Of a stretch of 64,000 bases of DNA, positions 55,461 to 64,000 are shown piece by piece; within the stretch, counting starts at the first letter, position 1; each line of letters begins with the position of its first letter. The stretch spans positions 32,674,001 through 32,738,000 of the forward strand of contig NC_043009.1 in the NCBI RefSeq assembly GCF_006345805.1, in the 5' to 3' direction. Below the pieces are notes generated by a model, which worked only from the letters and a program-made list of their open reading frames with translations, had not been told where the DNA came from and ran no database searches. The translations under genes and the position numbers were made by a program. Origin of the DNA: Octopus sinensis. Its lineage: Eukaryota.

Positions 55461-55603
55461 GTTTCTACGATATCCTAGGTGACAAGTCAACATCTCCATA
55501 CACTGGGTACTCCATCATCAGAGACAAGGTATGTATGTCTCTGATGACGGAATTCCCATGCATGGAGATGTTACCCTTCCTTCGCCTAGGATATCCCAGA
55601 AAC
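55461..55603. other. Long imperfect hairpin (~60 bp paired, 11-nt loop): pre-miRNA/hpRNA-like or small MITE
   Basis: tcatcagagac/gtctctgatga, aacatctccat/atggagatgtt, gatatcctaggtga/tcgcctaggatatc and gtttct/agaaac nested around loop aaggtatgtat. Confidence 0.7.
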
Positions 55604-55738
55604 AACTTCAGACATTTATTACTTCTTTTTTTATTCACTTTACTCTAATTAGACATTCTAAATGGCATGATTTAATCGTCCTGCCTTGGTTTTGTTGTCC
55701 ACTTTCCTTTAATACATACATATATATATATATATATG

Positions 55739-55825
<87 letters not shown>

Positions 55826-55928
55826 CATACATATATATATATGTATATATATACATACATATATATATATATGTATATATATACATACATACATATATAT
55901 ATATATATAATATATATATATATATACA

Positions 55929-55981
<53 letters not shown>

Positions 55982-58900
55982 GGAGGGCGAGAGACAAAGA
56001 GAGAGAGAGTCAGACAGAGACAGCAGAGAAAAATTGAGGGGGGAACCTGAGGGAGATTGAGAATATGCACAAGAAACTAATATACATGTTAAATTTACAT
56101 TATGGTCTCCAAGTAATTGTTGGCAGTTGAATGAAGTAAGAGAATATAACATATAGTGCCCTGTCTGCTCATCAGTAAACATTTTTAGACGGATGAGGAT
56201 GAACTGAATTCATGACATCTAAACTGAGACATATGTACCTTTCCTCGTAGGCCATAGTTTTTATTATATATTTCTGTACAAAATACGGTAAATTAAACAT
56301 AATATGGATTCGCTTTGCTAACGCTTGCCGTGGTATTTATTCAAACCTACCATAAACCTAAAGTCGTACAAGCATAAAAAAACAATGATAGAAGTTTAGA
56401 CATTTAACTCTAGGTCAATTCTTGCAAAATTTGGCATAAATTCCATGGAAGTACAAATGAACAGCTAGAATTTGTTGAATATCTGTCAAAGTTTGGAATG
56501 TATATGAGTGTTTGCCAAACGAGAAGCGCTAGCATTTACAAGTTAAAGGGACTACAAAAAGTATAAAAATTGAAGAAATTTGTGGAATCCTTCTACGAAA
56601 TCACTTTAGATCCAAATATTTTAAAATGCATGAGTAAAGATCGATTAATCGCAGAATTTCTGGGAAGAATTAGTTAGATGATCATACATTAAGGAAGAGA
56701 GTGTCATAGCTTATTTCTGTCACATCACCCTGATATAAATTTACATTCATTTTCCCAATTCATATTTCAACAGAACTTGCATTATATTCATTAACATGTC
56801 AGCAATTACTGATATAGCTGTATGCTTAGAGTAAAAGATCTTTGTCAGCGCTTACAGAAATGAAATTAATCCTTGCAGACAAGGTCTGAAATATTGGCGT
56901 TTTATCAATACAACTGACTCCGGTTCTTTATTCGCACCTCACTTTATGCAACCGAAGAGTGAATAAAAATGTTAACTTTGATGAGATTTGAAATTAGAAA
57001 TTAAGGCATTTGGTCAAACGCTTTAACGACTCTGCCACTTCATCTGTCCGTAATAATAGTGTTTAGAAAGAATTTTAATCACGATAATCACAGAAAGGTG
57101 AAGAAGAAATCATTTATCATTAATCTGTGAAAAATAATTGGAAGAGTCCGTTTTGCAAACGTATCAGATATTAAATCGTGTACAATATAACAGAAGCTGC
57201 TCCGAACATAAAAAGAAAACTTATCTTGGGACGGTTCCGGCGCCTTGACATGCCGAAGAGAATGATTTCGAATATTTCAGTTAACAGTATATTTATTATA
57301 TATAAAATAGTAAACTTCCCTTCCGAATCAATAATTTGTAGCTAAACCTGCAAGAAATAGCCACCAAACCATCCTCAATATATGCAGTACGATCTTAAAT
57401 AGATGACATATAAGACACTAGTGGACAATTTTGTTCCGTTATAAGTGCCGTGTGACAACCACCACTATTTAAATGATATTTAATAAACAGGACGAACCTG
57501 AGGTTATTGATCACTAATGGTCGCTAAAATCGTTAATCTTATACTTTGTCACAGAAACAGACAACGTTGGTCATACAAGGAGTAATCATTCTCCCTCATT
57601 GCACCAACGTTTGCTGCAATGAAATATAAAAGCATTTTGCTCAAAAGTAGAAGCACTTTTATTGACACAACCACCGTACCTGATGTTCCATGATTTAATT
57701 CACACTCGTATTATGAGTGTGAAAGTGTTGTGAAATAAAAGAATCGGATAAAAAAAAGCTTTGTAGCATTTAGTTAAGGCTTTTGGCGTTCGCAGATCAA
57801 ATGCCACAGAAGTAACTTTAAATTTCACTCTTCGTAGTCCATGGAATAACGCACCCATTGAATACTTGGTCCGATCTGTTAAAAGATATCCATCCGCTAA
57901 ACTTCCGACCTTGTAACAATGTAAGGAATGATTAGCATATCTGATTATATAGAGCAGTCAATTTCAGAGTCAGTAGAGCTTCGTTGGAAAAGACTCGTGG
58001 TATTCATTTCAATATTTTCATGTTCGGATTTGGAATCCGATGGTAGTGTATTTTGCCTTTCGGCCCAGGTGGGTGGCAGCCAAAATAACCTATATGGACT
58101 TGAACGCACCATCTATGAGCCACGAGCAGTAAGGTGTATTAGCATACGAAAGATATTTTCATTAATGGCAATTCCATTTTGGTAACAAATTAACCAGAAA
58201 AGTGTTTGCAATGCTTCTGACATTGATGAAGTGAATGCGGCGAAGATTTTATCTTCCCCCGCTGCACGTTGGGATTAGCAATACAAACTTGAGTACTGAA
58301 GGAATAACCCACAGTATTGACATTGGAGAGGAGGGTAAATATTCTGATTGAACATGGGAACACACATTCACGAAGATTTTCCACTGTAGTGAAAAAGCCT
58401 GAGGGGCGTGGTTAGAGACGAAAGGAATTTGAGACAATTATCAAAACATTCATGAAAAATGATCTCAAATCTTGTGAAGCTTCGCCACAATGGACAGCAT
58501 TTACATTTCGAAAGTAATTGCCGGGATTTGGGAAAATATTTCTCGACTTAATTCTCCGAATGTTAATGCAAACTCAAATGAAACATATTTTCAGTTTAGT
58601 TGTTCCTTAAAACGTTCTTTTTTCCTTCCTTATTCCCAATTTCTCTCATACTCTGCCCCTTATACTGGAGCACAATTCTACGGATAAGTTTTATCTAACA
58701 ATCTCAGCCTTTTCGTTGTTGTAGTGGCAGTGGTGTATGATTCTTCGGATTTACAGGTGCAACTCACAGTGTTATAACATTTCTCTTCCATTTTGAAGAG
58801 ATAGAATTTCTTACAAGTTAGCCTTGAGTGCTTTCTGTAAATGTAGTTTCAAGAGGATTTCCAATTCTACACCATCCTTTCTAGAACGTATGCGTATATT

Positions 58901-59245
58901 ATTATATTTGCTCTCTCAGCGGCAAACACACTGTCTGGTTTTACGAAATTCCTTTATCTCTTTTTTCCCCGAGAAATGTGTTGGATGTTAAAAATCTACT
59001 TGTGAAAGAAGCAGGTCGAGATTAACTTTAAGACAGCTGCTATGTGGACAATTTGTAATACCTGACCCTGTGTAATTGTCGCTGCTGTTGCTGTTTCCGC
59101 TGCCATTAAAAGTATTTGTTAGCCTTTGTGCAGTAAAGTTAATATTTGTCTTGTGTGCCTTGTTAATAAAATGTTCATTTACTCATATTTTTACTCAATT
59201 GTAGAATTCGTTTTTTTTTTCTAAATCTTTTTCATCTTGTTTACT

Positions 59246-59636
59246 GCAAGCTGGCAGAAACGTTAGAACGCCGGGTGAAATACGTAGCCGTATTTCGCCT
59301 GCTGTTACGTTGTGATTTCAAATTCCGCTGAGGTCGACTTTGCCTTTCATTTTTTCGGGGTCGATTAAATAAGTACCAGTTACGCACTGGGGTTGATATA
59401 ATCGACTTAATCCGTTTGTCTGTCCTTGTTTGTCCTCTCAGTGTTTAGCCACTTGTGGGTAGTAAAGAAATAGGTATTTCGTCTGTCTTTACATTCTGAG
59501 TTCAAATTCCGCCGAGGTCGACTTTGTCTTTCATCCTTTCGGAGGTCGATAAATTAAGTTGCGTACTGGTGTCGATCTAATCGACTGGTGCCCTCCCCCA
59601 AAATTTCGAGCCTTGTGCCTAGAGTAAAAAAGAATA
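59246..59636 (+). mobile_element. Third-family SINE dimer (full unit followed by head-truncated unit with a different tail)
   Basis: Unit 1 59246-~59472; unit 2 starts at ggtatttcgtctg and repeats gagttcaaattccgccgaggtcgactttg core. Confidence 0.8.
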
Positions 59637-61311
59637 TTTTTGTCTCGTAACAAGCTCCGTGGCACCATTTTTTACATGGATTTACCTTTATATGACTTGC
59701 CGAAGTCTTCCAGTACTCTCTGGAGTTTTGTCATAAATAGCATAAAAATCAGTCACATAGGTATTCGATTTCTTATTTCTTGTTCTTCCCGATGTTTTGT
59801 GTGTTTCTTGTTTTTGTTGCTGATATTAATAATATTCTCCTTTTGAAATATTGTACAGATATACAAAGAATATAGTGAAGAAAGCTGGGTGGTTGTGGAA
59901 ATATCAAAAGATTTGTTGATCTCAAATAGAGAGATTCAGTGACCTACTCATTTACGGAATTCTGTTTCCTACTCAATCACCAACAAAGCACAATTGCCCT
60001 ACCATACATTTGTTGAAAGGAAGGTTATGTCTATTTTACTCTTTGTCTGTACATCAAGCTTGTTTGAGAGTAATAATTGATTCTTCTTATATGTAGCTGC
60101 ATCATACTATTTCATAATTTATAAACAAAGAATTTTGCGATAAAATATTTTCCAATATGCAAATATTCGAAATTCTATTTTACCAATTGCAATTTGGCAG
60201 ATGAAACCATTGTTAAGACACATTTTTGTTATTTTTCATTAAATATCTGTTTTTGTTAATATTTATTTTTATCTTCTCTCCTTTTACTTTTAATAAGACA
60301 ATCAGATATATTCAAACGGACAAAAACAACGAAAATAGAAAAACAGTTTTCATTTTATATCTCGTCAAAAGTAGTTCTTTCATAAAATTACTGATTATGT
60401 GAAGATTTGATCTTGGAAATATTTCCCAAAGGATTTGAAATGAGGAAAATTTCAGAAATTATTTGTTCTCTTGATTATTGTTTGACTATTGGATTCCCAT
60501 CAGAAGAAATTTCAAGCAAATTTCGAAAGAAAGCCAACGCAATAATTCGGTTGTGGTAAGAAGTAAAAAAAAAAAACTAATAAGAGAGAAATGGAGATTG
60601 TAAGAAATAAAAATGAGCAGCAGGTCTAAACAGAATCAATTTGGAGAATAGCTTTACACTTTCAACTTCAATTTGCTGAATTGGAAATGAAACGGAGCTG
60701 GCATCGAACGATTATGGCATGTTTGTTTTTTAATATGTCTAACACAAACTAAGATTTATAATAAATATAATGCACAATTTATTATCACCATTCACAAAAA
60801 TAAAACGCCTTTATAAAGAAAAGTAATAGGATAGAACACCATGGAAATTCTGAGACTCAGAGTTTAAGGAATTTAGCAATTGGTGAGAAGTTCCATTCAA
60901 GAAAATTGTAAAACACACACACACTCTCACTCTCTCCACCAACCCCTCTCTCCCTCCCTTATCTCTCTCTCCACCAACCCCTCTCTCCTTCACTTATCTC
61001 TCTCCCTCTCCCTCCCTCAACCACCATCTCTACTCCTCCCTCCTTTCTCTCTCTTTCTTTCTTTCTCTCTTCCATTAGTTGTTTGTCGTATTTTTCTCAA
61101 CCTGCAGTTATCTATTTTGCTTTGTTTCCTTATTCGTCTAAATAATCAACGAGAATTTGTTGGAAGTAAGTCGTGATATGATCTCTTGTGCAGCTGCTAT
61201 TCAATAAAATATTCAAGTCGCTTTCAGTATATTAATTCTAGTTTTTTCTTTGCTTACTTTTTTTTTGCGTTCTTTTTTTTATTGAATAGAGCTTTGATAT
61301 TTAACCTCGTA

Positions 61312-61530
61312 AAGGCGACGAGCTAGCAGAATCGTTAGCACGCCGGGCAAAAATACTTAACGGCATTGCGTTCTTTCTTACGTTTTGATTTCAAATTCCG
61401 CTGAAGTCACTTTTGCTATTCATCCCTCCGGGATCGATAAAATAAATACCAGTCTTGCACTGGGCTTGATATAATCGACTTAAAACCCACCTCGACATTG
61501 CTACTCTTTTGTCATAATTTGAAACCAATA
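61312..61530 (+). mobile_element. Third-family SINE, diverged
   Basis: aggcgacgagctagcagaatcgttagcacgccgggc...ttcaaattccgctgaagtcac...gatcgataaaataaataccagt. Confidence 0.75.
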
Positions 61531-63189
61531 TTTGACTTCATAGCACTGAACAATCTGGTAAAGTTATATTTGATTCGTGTGCCTCACTTATATTGCATTT
61601 ATCCACGAGTGACATTTTACAAAAGCTCAAATGGAAATGTAACACATCCTACAAGAAATAATCAAGACACAGCTTGATTATTATGAATTAGAGAGAACTC
61701 CAACTCATATTCATGCACAGCTGAGAAGTACAATAAACTACACTGGATATTGAGGAAATACAAACATTTCTGGACCAATTAAAAGGAAGCGAAAAAGTAT
61801 AGTGTAAAATTTTGCTACATCTGGAAAAGTCTATTTGTTTATATATAACTCACCAAATGCGACTATTCGCGATGTACGGATCATATGTTGAGTATACAAC
61901 CATGTTCAATCGGTGACTACAACACGATCTCAACAAATTTTAATCGTTGATGCTGTATGTACCTATTTAGCACTTCTGTTGTTAAATGGAAGTTGTAGCA
62001 AGTTTTAAATCATTTAAATCACTAAAATGGTAAAATCCGGAATCCAAGGTATCTGGTGGTGATTCGAAGATAAAAATATAAATTAAAATGCGACTGGCTT
62101 CATCTTTTGTTCGAAATATCTCATATTGTGGACAATGGGTATTTTTACGCATGCACAAAATATTTTCTCTGGAGAGGTGTAGCTACCTGTAATTTTGGAT
62201 TTAACAGTTGTCTCAGCAAATTTGCTCACTGAATTTCTTTTATCGGCGACCGTCTAAAAATAACTAATAGCCTTACAAAACAACAAAAAATTAACATGAC
62301 TACAATCCATTAGAATTTACTTCGGATCTATCATTCTTATACACACATATGCGTATGCATGTAAGCATATATACTTATATGTATAAGAATGCCAACCACT
62401 TTTCGTGATTTGCTACCTCAACAGCTCCTGTGTACGATCCATTGTCTAAAGACATCATCAGGACGAACAACGTACAGTTTCAGTCCCTAGTCCTCTACTG
62501 TTATCGACGTGGCGCCCCCCCCCCACACACACACAGATTTTCACAAATCTAAATATTTGTTGCATTCACTGCGGAGTAGATTTAATAAACAATATTAATT
62601 CGTTGCAGGCGAAATTTTCCGTTTTCATTTCCAGCAGTTCCTCACTCTCTCTCTCGCTTCTATTTTCATTAATGATAATTTGATATATATTCATTTCAAT
62701 GTTTTCATTTCAAGTTTTAATTCGCTATTCGCAAAACCCACAATTTATTTTATATACGTAATGTAAAAAAAAATATTATTTTAATGAATGAATGTTATTT
62801 GTCAAAATAGCTGTATACCTTTGAGGCTTATATTTGATAAATTTTTTTTTTTAATATACTGGTATAATTTTAAAAACATTATAAGTGATTTTGTTGGTAT
62901 GAATGTTTGGAATGCTATAAGCCTTACACTAATTACTATGTAATCACTCCTTTTTCTAGCACGCTAAACATTGAAATTTGTTTCAATTACAGATATATTA
63001 CAACTACTAGGCAAATTAGATGTTTTATGAGTTGAAGTTTTCAGAAAAATTTACTTTCTAAACTTCCATTTATTATTGAATATTTCAAGTTCACAAATTT
63101 AAATATTCGGTACAAGATTGTTTTCAACGAGCTTTTATTAATACAATTTTTCCATTTCATGTTTATTCCATTCATTGTTTGCAATGTGC

Positions 63190-63363
63190 GTGTGTGTGTG
63201 TGTTTGTCTCCACCGTCTCTACAGCCGATCTTTGTCTAACATAGCGGTTAGTCAAAAGGGATCCATAGAATAAGTACCAGACATTACAAATAAGTACTAG
63301 TGTCTAACTGCTGGTGCTCCAGTCTGGTTGCAGCTCAGTGACTGAAACAAGTAAGAGATAAAA
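63190..63363 (+). mobile_element. SINE, OK-like family, 3' fragment
   Basis: tagcggttagtcaaaagggatccatagaataagtacc...gactgaaacaagtaagagataaaa is the reverse complement of the family 3' half. Confidence 0.6.
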
Positions 63364-64000
63364 TATAAAGTAAATTAGAAGAAGCATTGGGAGTGTCAGG
63401 CAGAAATTTCTTTGTAGCATCGTGTCGTTTCACTAAACTTTGAAATAAAATCCACCAAGGTTTATTTGCTTAACCTCTAACTCAACAGATAAAGTGCCAA
63501 CCAAGTACGGGTGTCAAGTACAATGATTTCCCTAAGTAACTTCCCACTCTCTTTCCAACTTGACCCCATAAGCGGGAATGCCAGGTTCTTTTACATCGTG
63601 ACTCCATTAATACTTTCACCAGAACAAAACAGCGAAGAAGACGATGGCTATAAATTTGTAAAAGAGCACGTGAAAGGCATCTGGAAGTTCCCACGGGACT
63701 AATTTGACATTCCTAGCAGCAAGGAACTTAAACTTGTACTTAGCATGAGTGATTCCTTCATTGAATATGATAAAACTAAATATTTGATCATATCTAAATA
63801 TTTATTCTACAATTAACATGTAATTTCACACAAACCACTTTTTAAAACTATTTATTGCATCAAATGTATAATAACTTTACTTCTTACTGTATTTTAAAAA
63901 GAATTTTCCGTCAGTTTTGTTTTTACTTATCCTGTTTTATTTTTTGTTTTGTTTTGTTTTGTTTCCCTTATTTGCTTGTTTTAGGTAAGGAAGTCTTAGA

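Noticed and set aside
55480-55528. Apparent ~50-nt exon ([16 protein letters not shown]) with AAG|gtatgt donor
   Set aside because: Lies entirely within one arm and the loop of the long hairpin; the hairpin explains the sequence better.
58249-58437. KIFVNVCSH resembling the PIH1-domain motif
   Set aside because: Only a short motif; flanking residues and donor site are unconvincing.
63511-63702. FQLDPISG cadherin-like and KVPTKYG piggyBac-like motifs
   Set aside because: Isolated short matches in different frames with no further domain motifs.

Overview
Very AT-rich, microsatellite-saturated eukaryotic genomic DNA. It is most likely an octopus or other coleoid cephalopod, inferred from SINE families resembling the Octopus OK/OR1/OR2 tRNA-SINEs as I recall them. 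No complete protein-coding gene is recognisable: most ORFs in the track are microsatellite translations (YIYI, THTH, LSIY) or decayed transposon fragments, and only a few weak candidate spliced exons are seen. The window is dominated by mobile DNA: at least three tRNA-headed SINE families (several copies with target-site duplications), decayed LINE fragments, a Penelope-like (PLE) fragment, Tc1/mariner/maT remnants and foldback MITEs. The most striking feature is at 32.63-35.49 kb. About 5.5 near-identical head-to-tail copies of a 480-bp unit are inserted in a (TA)n tract and end in an exact 237-bp inverted segment. Each unit carries, on the minus strand, a minimal type I hammerhead ribozyme fold (GUUCUG-CUGACGA-stem II with GCAA loop-GAAA-UCACGGUGA-UA/CAGAAC). 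This is the architecture of a non-LTR retrozyme (circRNA-forming, non-autonomous retroelement). The insertion geometry fits rolling-circle or multimer reverse transcription with twin priming. Ribozyme activity is untested, and the stem II base pair is non-canonical (U.U).
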